From: Candidatus Omnitrophota bacterium
GTDB taxonomy: Bacteria > Omnitrophota > Gorgyraeia > Zapsychrales > Zapsychraceae
Assembly (NCBI GenBank): GCA_015233405.1
Contig: JADFXT010000003.1
Span: 118,591 to 182,590, forward strand
Length of the DNA stretch: 64,000 nt
Direction of reading: 5' to 3'
Positions 48,836 to 57,712 of this stretch are shown one piece after another (the first letter of the stretch is position 1; every line of letters begins with the position of its first letter). Made by a program: the position numbers and the translations under genes. The notes under the pieces are model-generated. The model ran no database searches, was not told where the DNA came from, and was given only the letters and a program-made list of their open reading frames with translations.

Positions 48836-49016
48836 TTTTGCATTACAACGTTTTGCGCGACGATTCGTCGCGCATTAAAAGATGTAATGCAAAATTTGCC
48901 TTCGGTTGCGGCGGAGCCGCGAGGATTAATCCTTTCAAATCTCTCCAGGGCAGAGATTTGAAACCCTGTGGGCGGATTTTGCGTAACCCCGCAGGAGCGG
49001 GGCTAATGCAAAATCC
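48836..49016. repeat. Cluster of three intergenic hairpins
   Basis: First: 48836-48894, TTTTGCATTACA...TGTAATGCAAAA enclosing GCGCGACGA-T-TCGTCGCGC. Second: 48936-48960, CAAATCTCT-N7-AGAGATTTG. Third: 48974-49016, GGATTTTGC..CCCCGC-AGGA-GCGGGG..GCAAAATCC. Confidence 0.7.
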
Positions 49017-49225
49017 GGGATTATTTTGATATATATTTATATTCTTAAAAATATTTAAAAATTAAAATAACAAATTATTTTATAGGACGGAAAACATTTT
49101 ACATGATAAATACGGCAGGTTCAACCCAAATTTCAGGCGTTTGCACACTGATAAAGAGGCTGGAAAACGCTCAAAAATCAAAGAAAAACAGGCAAGTTTT
49201 GTATCGCGGGATAAAGGAACAGGCT

Positions 49226-50251
49226 CTACTTTTTATCTGTGATTTCGGCAAAGCAGAAAACTTTGTTGCGACCATATTTTTTGGCTCGGTATAAAGCAAA
49301 ATCCGCTTTATCAACCAAATCATTGATGTTCTGGCCATCGGAAGGATAATTCGAAACACCAATACTCACGGTGGTCTGAACAAGCGTGTCATAAGCTTTA
49401 ATGGCGGATTCTTCAACGGATTTACGAATACGTTCCGCGACATACTGCGCGCCTAAATAATCCGTATCGGGAAGGACAATACAAAATTCTTCTCCGCCGT
49501 AACGCCCCGGGATATCAATTTCACGGATGCTATCTTTGATAATATTACCGATTTCCCTTAACACTTGATCGCCGGTCAAATGGCCATGCGTATCATTAAC
49601 AGCTTTAAAGAAATCCACATCCATCATCAAGAAAGACAATTTGATATTACGAGCCTTAGACCGTTTGACTTCTTCCTGAAAACGCTCCATGACATACCGG
49701 CGCGTATAAACATCCGTTAAACTATCCATGATCGCGACTTGCTCGATTTCTTCATAAAGCGCCACGCGCCTTAAGGCCAGAACAAACTGATTGCCAAGAA
49801 TCATGACCTTTTCTTTATCCTCCTCGGCAATTCCTTCTAAAACCAGATATCCTATCAATCTCTTTTTTTCTTGCAGAATAAAAACAAACTGCTCCTTTAA
49901 GGCCTGGAATTCTTTTTCTCCCTCTAATCCTGCCTTAACAAGCTGACAGGATTTAAAACGGACATGCTGTGCAAGCTGCTTTTTGAAAATATCAAACGCC
50001 TCTTTTTCTGTTAGACTTTTGGTGATCTCACGGGTGATTTCATATAAGGTAAAAATCTTGATCGCTTCTTCTTCAAATTTCATTTTTTCCTGATAACGCG
50101 CTTCTTTCTTCTCGCGAAATTCCTGCAAATCTTTCTTATGGGCTAAGAGATCTTTCTCGAGTTCTTCTTCAAAAGAAACCGCAGACCTTTTCGCACAATA
50201 AAGGACAAAGGCGGCATAAGCTGCAACGATGATTAACGAAACAACGATCAT
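49226..50251 (-). CDS. Diguanylate cyclase (TM + coiled coil + GAF-like + GGDEF), I-site present
   Basis: REID-IPGRY-GGEEF (RxxD five residues before GGEEF), N-terminal TM. Confidence 0.85.
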   Translation of the reverse strand: MIVVSLIIVAAYAAFVLYCAKRSAVSFEEELEKDLLAHKKDLQEFREKKEARYQEKMKFEEEAIKIFTLYEITREITKSLTEKEAFDIFKKQLAQHVRFKSCQLVKAGLEGEKEFQALKEQFVFILQEKKRLIGYLVLEGIAEEDKEKVMILGNQFVLALRRVALYEEIEQVAIMDSLTDVYTRRYVMERFQEEVKRSKARNIKLSFLMMDVDFFKAVNDTHGHLTGDQVLREIGNIIKDSIREIDIPGRYGGEEFCIVLPDTDYLGAQYVAERIRKSVEESAIKAYDTLVQTTVSIGVSNYPSDGQNINDLVDKADFALYRAKKYGRNKVFCFAEITDKK

Positions 50252-50269
50252 AAAAAACCTCTTCTTTTA

Positions 50270-51565
50270 TCAAGCACAACAGACGCGATTACGCCCGGCT
50301 TTCTTTGCGTTATAAAGCGCCAGGTCGGCTTGATGAATAATCTCGTCTTTCATTTGGGCGTCTTCGGGAAACGAGGCGACTCCAATAGAAACCGTCACCC
50401 CGGTTTTCGTACGCCGCAAAAGAATACTTTGTTCTTCAATCTTTTTCCGAAATTCCTCAGCCAATTTAACAGCTTTTTCTTTAGGGCAATCGGGAATAAG
50501 AACACAAAATTCCTCTCCCCCATAACGACACACCAAACTCCCTGGCTCGTTAAAAAAATCTTTTAATAACAACCCCACCGTCCTTAAAACAATATCCCCG
50601 GCCATGTGGCCGTATTTGTCGTTATAATCTTTAAAATGATCCAGGTCCATCATCAAGAAAGACAACTCACCTTTTCCTCGAATATGCCGGCTGATTTCTT
50701 CCGGCAGACGCTCTTGAAGATAGCGCCTTAAATATAAATTTGTCAAACTGTCATGGATCGCCAGCTGCTCGACGTGTTCATACAGCTGGGCATTTTCAAT
50801 AGCGACCGCGCCTAAGTCACTGATGGTCGTCAAGAATCTTAAATCTTCCGTCGTAAAACAATGCTCGGCGGGACAATCTACCCGTAAAATCCCCAGCGCC
50901 TTGTGGCCGACCATTAAAGGCGTGCTGATCAAAGAGCGCACCGGGCGTGTTTGTTCCTGCGCGATTTTATCCGCGTCAAAACGATAATCTGTTTTTGCAT
51001 CATCAATTAGTAAAGGCTGCATGGTTTTCACAAGCCACCGATCAAAGATGTCCCCCTTTTTTTCTTTGATATTGACCTCCATCCGGCCTTTGTGAGATGA
51101 AGAAATTCCCAAGTCCCCTGTTTTGGAATGGAACAGGTACAGGATAATCGTGGAATCTTTGCCGCCAAAAAGTTTATTGACTTCCGAGGAAAGCGTTTTG
51201 GACGTATCTTCCGTCGAGAGGCACATGCCTAATTTTTCGGTCAACCCTTTGAGTTCGGAGAAGCTGACAATTTTTTCCCGAAAAGAATCAATCGCGATTT
51301 CTTCTTTGGAGATTTCCAGCTCCAGAAGATTTTTCTGTTCTGAAAGATCCTGCAGCTGGAGTTCGACATCGGCTTTTTTCTGCTGAAGATGATTTTGGAG
51401 CGGGATCAAATACGCCATGATCCCGACAAACGCTAATCCTAAAAATATGAAAAATTTAACAGCAAAGAACGTGGCAATAAGAAAGAAGACGACCAGCGGC
51501 AGAATAAGCGCGGCGATTAATAAACTGCGGGATTTAGATGATAGTATTTTCGGTTTCTCGGTCAA
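50270..51565 (-). CDS. Diguanylate cyclase (2 TM + coiled coil + GAF-like + GGDEF), no RxxD I-site
   Basis: RYGGEEF preceded by NEPGSLVC, with no RxxD. The GAF-like middle domain is present. Confidence 0.85.
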   Translation of the reverse strand: MTEKPKILSSKSRSLLIAALILPLVVFFLIATFFAVKFFIFLGLAFVGIMAYLIPLQNHLQQKKADVELQLQDLSEQKNLLELEISKEEIAIDSFREKIVSFSELKGLTEKLGMCLSTEDTSKTLSSEVNKLFGGKDSTIILYLFHSKTGDLGISSSHKGRMEVNIKEKKGDIFDRWLVKTMQPLLIDDAKTDYRFDADKIAQEQTRPVRSLISTPLMVGHKALGILRVDCPAEHCFTTEDLRFLTTISDLGAVAIENAQLYEHVEQLAIHDSLTNLYLRRYLQERLPEEISRHIRGKGELSFLMMDLDHFKDYNDKYGHMAGDIVLRTVGLLLKDFFNEPGSLVCRYGGEEFCVLIPDCPKEKAVKLAEEFRKKIEEQSILLRRTKTGVTVSIGVASFPEDAQMKDEIIHQADLALYNAKKAGRNRVCCA

Positions 51566-52637
51566 AGAAGTGCACCTTGCTCATGTCAAAGACAAGATCC
51601 ATGTCTTTATTGACATCCGGTCTGTTGTGAGCTCCTACCCTAGCGATGAATGAATTCTTGCCGGAATTTAAATAGAGATAAACCTCAGATCCTAATGGCT
51701 CAACAACTTCGCAAGCTGCGCGAACAGTGGTTTCTAAAGACGCCTCTGAAACAAACAATTTATCGTAAATATCCTCGGAACGAATGCCCATAATGACTTC
51801 TTTTCCAACATAAGAAAGGACATCTTTGTGCATTTCTTCGACGATCTTAACCTGGAATTTTCCTTCGTCAAAGAAATATTTCCGCTCTTTCTTAATAATA
51901 CGGCCCTGCATCAGGTTGATCGGCGGCGAGCCAATGAAACTGGCCACAAATTTATTGGCCGGCTTATCATAGATCGTCATCGGATCCGCACATTGCTGAA
52001 TTTTCCCGTCGCGCATAACAATAATTCTGTCGCCTAACGTCATGGCTTCCACCTGATCATGCGTGACATAAATAAAAGTGGTTTGAAGGCGCATCCGAAG
52101 CTTATGGATTTCGGTGCGCATCTGCACGCGCATTTTGGCGTCCAGGTTGCTTAAAGGCTCGTCGAATAAAAAGACCTGCGGCTTACGGACAATGGCGCGG
52201 CCTAAGGCAACGCGTTGGCGTTCCCCGCCGGAAAGCTGGCGAGGGCGGCGGTCGAGCATGCTGCGGATCCCTAAGATCTCCGCGGCCTCGACGACACGGC
52301 GTTCAATTTCCTGTTTAGGATATTTTCTTAAACGTAATCCAAAAGACATGTTTTCAAAAACTGTCATGTGAGGATAAAGCGAATAATTCTGAAAGACCAT
52401 GGCAATATCGCGGTCTTTGGCAGGGATATCATTAACGAGGGTATTACCGATCCAAATTTTTCCGCTGGAGATTTCTTCTAACCCGGCGATCATTCTCAGC
52501 GTCGTCGATTTTCCGCATCCGGAAGGCCCGACCAGCACTAGAAATTCTTTGTTCTCAACACCAAGGCTGATGGAATCAACCGCCGGAACGCCCGCACGAT
52601 AAAATTTAGAAACATCTTTAAGACTGACTTGGGCCAT
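51534..52637 (-). CDS. Sugar-type ABC transporter ATP-binding protein (MalK/UgpC/MsmX family)
   Basis: GPSGCGKST, LSGGERQRV, LFDEPLSNLD, and a C-terminal TOBE-like domain. No permease or binding-protein gene is adjacent. Confidence 0.9.
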   Translation of the reverse strand: MAQVSLKDVSKFYRAGVPAVDSISLGVENKEFLVLVGPSGCGKSTTLRMIAGLEEISSGKIWIGNTLVNDIPAKDRDIAMVFQNYSLYPHMTVFENMSFGLRLRKYPKQEIERRVVEAAEILGIRSMLDRRPRQLSGGERQRVALGRAIVRKPQVFLFDEPLSNLDAKMRVQMRTEIHKLRMRLQTTFIYVTHDQVEAMTLGDRIIVMRDGKIQQCADPMTIYDKPANKFVASFIGSPPINLMQGRIIKKERKYFFDEGKFQVKIVEEMHKDVLSYVGKEVIMGIRSEDIYDKLFVSEASLETTVRAACEVVEPLGSEVYLYLNSGKNSFIARVGAHNRPDVNKDMDLVFDMSKVHFFDRETENTII

Positions 52638-52655
52638 AAAAAATTTTATTCCTGA

Positions 52656-53507
52656 TTACTTTCGCACAGGACTCTTCGTAAAATCAATGATTTGAGAAAG
52701 CACTGCTTTTAAATCCCGACGATCGACGATTTGGTCAATCAATCCATGCGCTAAAAGAAATTCCGAACTCTGGAATCCTTTAGGTAGTTTTTGACGGATG
52801 GTCTGTTCAATAACGCGCGGACCGGCAAACCCGACCAGAGCCTTGGGTTCCGCGATGATCACATCGCCCACGCCCGCAAAAGAGGCCATGATCCCGCCCA
52901 TTGTCGGATTTGTTAAAATAGAAATATGTAACAAGCCGGCGTCCTGATGTCGCCCTAAAGCCGCACAGGTCTTGGCCATCTGCATCAGAGAGATCGCGCC
53001 TTCATACATTCTTGCCCCGCCGCCGGATCCTGACACAATAATCGCGGGAAGTTTATTTTTGGTGGCAAATTCTACGATTCTCGCGACCCTTTCACCGACG
53101 ACAGATCCCATGGATCCCATAATAAAACGCGAATCTGTGACCGCCAAAGCAATGCGCTCGCCATTCAGCAAACCTTCCCCGGTAATGACCGCGTCCCGTA
53201 AACTCGTTTTCTTTTGATCTTCAGCTAATTTTTCTTTATATGTCTTGGGCCCTTTAAATTCCAACGGGTCGGCGGAAATCATATCCGCATCTTTTTCCTC
53301 AAACGTTCCTTTATCGATCAACAAATCAATCCGTTCATGGACGGTCAGCGTAAAATGCCAGCTGCATTTTAAGCACACGCTAAAATTGTTCTCAAGCTCT
53401 TTATTATAGTTAACGGCGTCGCACTCCGGGCATTTGGTCCACAAAGCCGGCATGCTTTTCTTTTTAACGTTAACCAGGGTATATCGTTCTCGACCGAATA
53501 AAGTCAT
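52656..53507 (-). CDS. accD: Acetyl-CoA carboxylase carboxyltransferase beta subunit
   Basis: Zn ribbon CPEC...CLKC and the carboxyltransferase domain (GGARMYEG). Confidence 0.9.
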   Translation of the reverse strand: MTLFGRERYTLVNVKKKSMPALWTKCPECDAVNYNKELENNFSVCLKCSWHFTLTVHERIDLLIDKGTFEEKDADMISADPLEFKGPKTYKEKLAEDQKKTSLRDAVITGEGLLNGERIALAVTDSRFIMGSMGSVVGERVARIVEFATKNKLPAIIVSGSGGGARMYEGAISLMQMAKTCAALGRHQDAGLLHISILTNPTMGGIMASFAGVGDVIIAEPKALVGFAGPRVIEQTIRQKLPKGFQSSEFLLAHGLIDQIVDRRDLKAVLSQIIDFTKSPVRK

Positions 53508-53634
53508 AGATGGAAGGCCTTCCCTTTCTTATTAAGAAATTCGAATCAATATACAACCAAACATCTAAACAATCAACCCAAATTTTTGCCGTATCCGTCT
53601 AAAACCCGGAGGCAGGCCAAAATAATAATATGAA

Positions 53635-54894
53635 TTAATCCATTTTATAGACAGTTAAACCTGATAGGACCTTAGGATAGAAATAGGTCGTCTTGGGCGG
53701 CATCCGCTCCCCATTGAGGGCAATGGCCTTAAGCTGAGAGATCTTGACGGGATTGAGAACAAAACCGGCATCGGCTTTTTGTTCATTAACCATAGATGTC
53801 ACGTCATTTAAATCTTTTGTATAAATGATGTCGTGAGAACTGATCCCAAGACGGTCAAAAACAAAAGTCTTTAAAATAGTCGCATCCAGGCTTTTATAAT
53901 CCAAAGAGCCTTCTTTGACATGGTCATTGATCAGCCTTTTGTTTTTAAGCCGCATGAGCCACACTCCACCGCGCATATACAGGCCAAAGGCGTTCTCATT
54001 TTTTCCGGCTTGCGCCAAAAGAATGACCAAATCTTCCTTACGGATCTTGTCAATTCTAAAAAATTCCTCGAGCGGGCTTAAATCCTGCGGGAATTCTTTG
54101 ACGATACGGTGCATCGGGAATATTTTCAAGTCCTTCGAATCAATATTGGTAAAATACGTGAGGACATAATTATACGGCTCTTCGCCGGTTGTCTGCTTAT
54201 GCAGGGCCATTTGCTGTTGGCGGTATTCCATGGCCACCTTAAAACGATGATGCCCGTCGGCTATAAAAATATGCTGGTCTTCCAATGTATCATTGATTTC
54301 CTTAATAGCATCCGGATCGGTCAATTGCCATATGGTATGCTGCACATCATCTTTATCTTTCACATTGGCCAAAGGCGGATTGGACTGGATCCTGTTAAAA
54401 ATTTTCTCCACTTTTTTCCCGCGGTCAGAATAGCAGACGAAAATGCAGCTTAAGCTCGAATGAAGGCTTTTTAATAACTTTAACCTATCCTCGACGGCAT
54501 GGGCATGGGTATTTTCATGAGGGACAACCTTGGATTCCTCCTCATTTTCAAGCGTCATCAGCGAAATAAATCCTGTGCGGCTATATTTCTGCCCCTGGAT
54601 CTTATATTCCTGCTTATAAAAATAAATCCCGGGTTTGTCATCCTGCTTTAAAATCCCTTTCTTCAGCCATTCTTCATATAAATCTTTAGCTCGGGTATAT
54701 TTATTATGATCTTTATCGTCCTCGGCAGTTTCTTTTGCCAAATCAATTCGCACAAAGTTGTAGGGACTTTTCTTCTCCAGTTCCGCCTGCTCGTCCGCAT
54801 TAATGACATCATACGGCGGGCTGACGACCTTGGAGATATCCTGCACTTTCTCGGAATTATAGCGAACCGCTCGAAATGGTTTGATCGTTGACAT
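53635..54894 (-). CDS. DUF1015 family protein
   Basis: I prefer the start at MSTIKPFRAVRYN (ATG 54894), the typical DUF1015 N-terminus. ADGHHR motif present. Confidence 0.8.
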   Translation of the reverse strand: MSTIKPFRAVRYNSEKVQDISKVVSPPYDVINADEQAELEKKSPYNFVRIDLAKETAEDDKDHNKYTRAKDLYEEWLKKGILKQDDKPGIYFYKQEYKIQGQKYSRTGFISLMTLENEEESKVVPHENTHAHAVEDRLKLLKSLHSSLSCIFVCYSDRGKKVEKIFNRIQSNPPLANVKDKDDVQHTIWQLTDPDAIKEINDTLEDQHIFIADGHHRFKVAMEYRQQQMALHKQTTGEEPYNYVLTYFTNIDSKDLKIFPMHRIVKEFPQDLSPLEEFFRIDKIRKEDLVILLAQAGKNENAFGLYMRGGVWLMRLKNKRLINDHVKEGSLDYKSLDATILKTFVFDRLGISSHDIIYTKDLNDVTSMVNEQKADAGFVLNPVKISQLKAIALNGERMPPKTTYFYPKVLSGLTVYKMD

Positions 54895-55001
54895 ATTTCT
54901 TAAAATCCTTGGGTTAAATTCACTTTCAAAATCATACCAGAATAACCTGGTGCGGAAAATCAAAATTTAAAGAATTTGATTAGGCAAAGCTTCTGTCCTC
55001 T

Positions 55002-55277
55002 TTATTTGGACATAGGACAACACGCACACGAAGAATGGGAATCCTTTTTGTCCGATTTAGGACATTTTGGCGCATTGCCTGACGAGGGAGACTTCTTTTT
55101 ATAATCCGTCTCATAAAAGCCCGTGCCTTTAAAAATAACCCCGGTCCCTGCACCGATAAGACGAGTTAACTCATTCTTTCCGCATTTCGGACACTTCTTG
55201 AGTTTCTTCTCAGACATCGACTGAAGCGCCTCTAAGGTATGCCCACAGCTGGAGCACTCATATTGATAGGTCGGCAT
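55002..55277 (-). CDS. FmdB-family zinc-ribbon protein
   Basis: MPTYQYECSSCGH...KCPKCG (CxxC-CxxC type). Confidence 0.8.
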   Translation of the reverse strand: MPTYQYECSSCGHTLEALQSMSEKKLKKCPKCGKNELTRLIGAGTGVIFKGTGFYETDYKKKSPSSGNAPKCPKSDKKDSHSSCACCPMSK

Positions 55278-55302
55278 AATTCTCCTTTAATTGCTTTATG
55301 TT

Positions 55303-55407
55303 TGTCATCCCCGCGAAAGCGGGGATCCAGAACCAAGGGTTGAACTTCCAGCAACGATAAAAAATTTTAAAAGCATTTACTGGATTTCCGCTTCCGCGGG
55401 AATGACA
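55303..55407. repeat. Composite palindromic element, family 1, copy B
   Basis: TGTCATCCCCGCGAAAGCGGGGATCCAG ... 49 nt ... CTGGATTTCCGCTTCCGCGGGAATGACA. Confidence 0.85.
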
Positions 55408-55418
55408 GCCCTGGAACT

Positions 55419-56576
55419 TTACTTAAAAACCTTCTTGATTTTTTCCTTAATACTTTCCGATGAGCCGGAAATATTTTCACCGCTAACCCTGGCAAATTCT
55501 TCCAGTAATTTCTTCTGCTCCGTGGTTAAACTTTTCGGAACTTGGACCATGACCTTGGCATATTGATCGCCGGTCGCCCCGCCGTGAACGTTCGGCATTC
55601 CTTTATCTTTTAATCGAAAGACCCGACCGCTTTGTGTCCCCGAGGGGATTTTCATCGAGACCGGTCCGCCTAAAGTTGGCACAGAAACCTCACCGCCTAA
55701 AGCCGCGACAACAAAACTCACCGGAAGTTCAAGAGCAATATCGTCTCCATTGCGCTCAAAAGTATTGTGCGGGAGAACGTGAATATAAAGATAAAGATCG
55801 CCGTTGCCGTCACGTCCGACTTCGCCTTCATGCCGGACACGCAGCCGAGACGAATTATCAACTCCCGCCGGAATGGACACGTCGATGTTTCGCATGATCT
55901 TGACAGCGCCGCGGCCGCTACATTTCGGGCAATATTCGGTAATGACTTTCCCGGCGCCGTGACATTGATGGCACGTCTGTGCCATTCTAAAAAATCCGTT
56001 GGACATCACGACCTGGCCCCGGCCTCCGCAGGTAGTACAATTCTTTAATGCCGACGCATTCTTTGCGCCCGTTCCATTACACACCGAGCAAAACTCATTA
56101 CGGGGAACAGAGATCTTTCGTTTAGCGCCATGAAAGGCATCCTCAAGCGAGATCTCCATCTCATATTGAATATCCCGGCCTCTTTGAGCTCGACGGGAAG
56201 AACGGCCGCCAGCGCCTTCGCTAAAGAAATCAAATCCTCCTCCGCCTCCGCCGCCAAAAAATTGATTTAAAATGTCCCCTAAACCAGCTTCTTCAAAAAT
56301 ACTGCTAAAATCTGCGCCGCGGAAAATGTCATCTGCCGTAAAATTCTGGTCAATACCGGCATGCCCATGCTGGTCATATAATTGACGTTTCTTGGGATCA
56401 GATAAAACGCCATACGCCTCGGAAATTTCTTTAAACTTCTCCTCAGCTTCTTTTTTCTCCGCCTCGGGAACGCGGTCCGGATGGAATTTGAGCGCCATCG
56501 AACGATAAGCCTTCTTGATGTCCTGAAGGTCGGCCTTTTTATCAACCCCTAAAATTTCGTAGTAGTCTCTTTTCAT
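55419..56576 (-). CDS. dnaJ: Chaperone DnaJ
   Basis: J domain (DYYEILGV...HPDR), G/F region, four CxxCxGxG Zn motifs. I prefer the ATG at 56576 over the GTG at 56594. Confidence 0.95.
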   Translation of the reverse strand: MKRDYYEILGVDKKADLQDIKKAYRSMALKFHPDRVPEAEKKEAEEKFKEISEAYGVLSDPKKRQLYDQHGHAGIDQNFTADDIFRGADFSSIFEEAGLGDILNQFFGGGGGGGFDFFSEGAGGRSSRRAQRGRDIQYEMEISLEDAFHGAKRKISVPRNEFCSVCNGTGAKNASALKNCTTCGGRGQVVMSNGFFRMAQTCHQCHGAGKVITEYCPKCSGRGAVKIMRNIDVSIPAGVDNSSRLRVRHEGEVGRDGNGDLYLYIHVLPHNTFERNGDDIALELPVSFVVAALGGEVSVPTLGGPVSMKIPSGTQSGRVFRLKDKGMPNVHGGATGDQYAKVMVQVPKSLTTEQKKLLEEFARVSGENISGSSESIKEKIKKVFK

Positions 56577-56615
56577 ATTTAATCCTGATTGCACACACCT
56601 TAGAGCGCTATGATT

Positions 56616-56768
56616 TTACTTCACTGTATTTGGCGAAATACGAATGGTCTTACCATTCTCCCATATCGCAAGAGGGCGTCCTGTCTTTTTATGCCGCTCC
56701 ACAACTCCCCGCACCGCTTTCTTTAACGCGGCTTCAGCCTTATCCTGCAATGACATCCTTTTTTTCAT
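56616..56768 (-). CDS. Small 50-aa protein, third gene of the Bro-N / zeta-like module
   Basis: Below the ORF-track size cutoff. My own translation gives MKKRMSLQDKAEAALKKAVRGVVERHKKTGRPLAIWENGKTIRISPNTVK. Its ATG directly abuts the upstream TAA stop (TAAATG). Confidence 0.5.
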   Translation of the reverse strand: MKKRMSLQDKAEAALKKAVRGVVERHKKTGRPLAIWENGKTIRISPNTVK

Positions 56769-57347
56769 TTATGACCTCACACTTCTTTGAACTATTTCGA
56801 ACAAACAATCATTAAGCACTTCCCTGTGGCCGTTGTGCCTTTTCGCAATAAGTATCGGCTTTGCCTTGGAATTATCAAACAACATCCAGGAATCAAATAA
56901 CGGCTCGTACAGGGTAAAGAAATTATTGACGCCGCGGGAAAACCGCCGACGGACATCTTCGGCAGGGACATAATGCCCGCCTTCCTGAACTCTTTCTTTA
57001 ATACGGGCTATCGCCAATTCCGCGCTTGGAAGCCACAGAAAAAAAAGATGCGGCGCGTAACCTCTCCTCTTTAACTCAGTCAACAAGCCCACATAAGACT
57101 TGCCGGACAATGTCGTTTCAAACGCGAAATCAACACCACGCTTAGCGTATTCATCAATTTGCTGAAGCACGAGTTTACCGGCTTTAATGGCGGCAGCGCG
57201 AGGCCCAAAGGGGGCTAATCCTTGCGCTATCAGATCGGCATTTACAAAATTCGGGCAATTCACATATTCAGGCAGAAACATTCGGGCAAACGTCGTCTTA
57301 CCCGATCCGTTCGGCCCCGCAATAATGTAAACTGCCTTATTTTTCAT
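56769..57347 (-). CDS. Zeta-toxin-like / COG4185-type P-loop ATPase
   Basis: Walker A IIAGPNGSGKTT, 192 aa, zeta/AAA_33-like layout. Confidence 0.7.
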   Translation of the reverse strand: MKNKAVYIIAGPNGSGKTTFARMFLPEYVNCPNFVNADLIAQGLAPFGPRAAAIKAGKLVLQQIDEYAKRGVDFAFETTLSGKSYVGLLTELKRRGYAPHLFFLWLPSAELAIARIKERVQEGGHYVPAEDVRRRFSRGVNNFFTLYEPLFDSWMLFDNSKAKPILIAKRHNGHREVLNDCLFEIVQRSVRS

Positions 57348-57607
57348 ATTGTCCCAATTAGGTTTTTCATCCGTTGTTTATCGCCCGCTATCTCAACAGC
57401 AAGGGTATGTACAATTTGCACCCACCCTTTGGAAAGTTCAGGGTCACGCCTACGCATATCTTTAATATATCCATCCGGCTGGACAGAATCTGTTAAAGCC
57501 GCTACCACGTCAACGATAACAAGCCACCATTCTTTATTATGGATGGTCTTGCGAATTTCCTGTTTTCTAAATATCGCAATTTTGGTTGCGGTTATTTCTT
57601 GGTTCAT
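57344..57607 (-). CDS. Bro-N-like small DNA-binding protein
   Basis: IAIFRKQEIRKTIHNKEWWLVIVDVVAALTDS fits the Bro-N pattern (IR..., WW/WF, DV..AL). ATGA overlap with the downstream ATPase. Confidence 0.55.
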   Translation of the reverse strand: MNQEITATKIAIFRKQEIRKTIHNKEWWLVIVDVVAALTDSVQPDGYIKDMRRRDPELSKGWVQIVHTLAVEIAGDKQRMKNLIGTI

Positions 57608-57712
57608 ATTGTCTTACCTTCGACTCATAACACCCTTGGCCAATTACGCCTACAGCCCATTGAAACACCGCTGCTTATAGAAATCCATCGAAAACGTAGT
57701 GTAGTATGGAAA

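Noticed and set aside
48682-49029. 115-aa plus-strand ORF upstream of the ROK gene
   Set aside because: It starts antisense to the ROK kinase gene and continues through three hairpin elements.
49118-49127. GGTTCAACCC, superficially like a tRNA T-loop
   Set aside because: No complementary T-stem, acceptor stem or anticodon arm can be drawn around it.
37860-55407. Possibility that the GC-rich repeats are a CRISPR array
   Set aside because: The copies are tens of kb apart or occur as inverted pairs, not as regularly spaced direct repeats. No cas genes are present.
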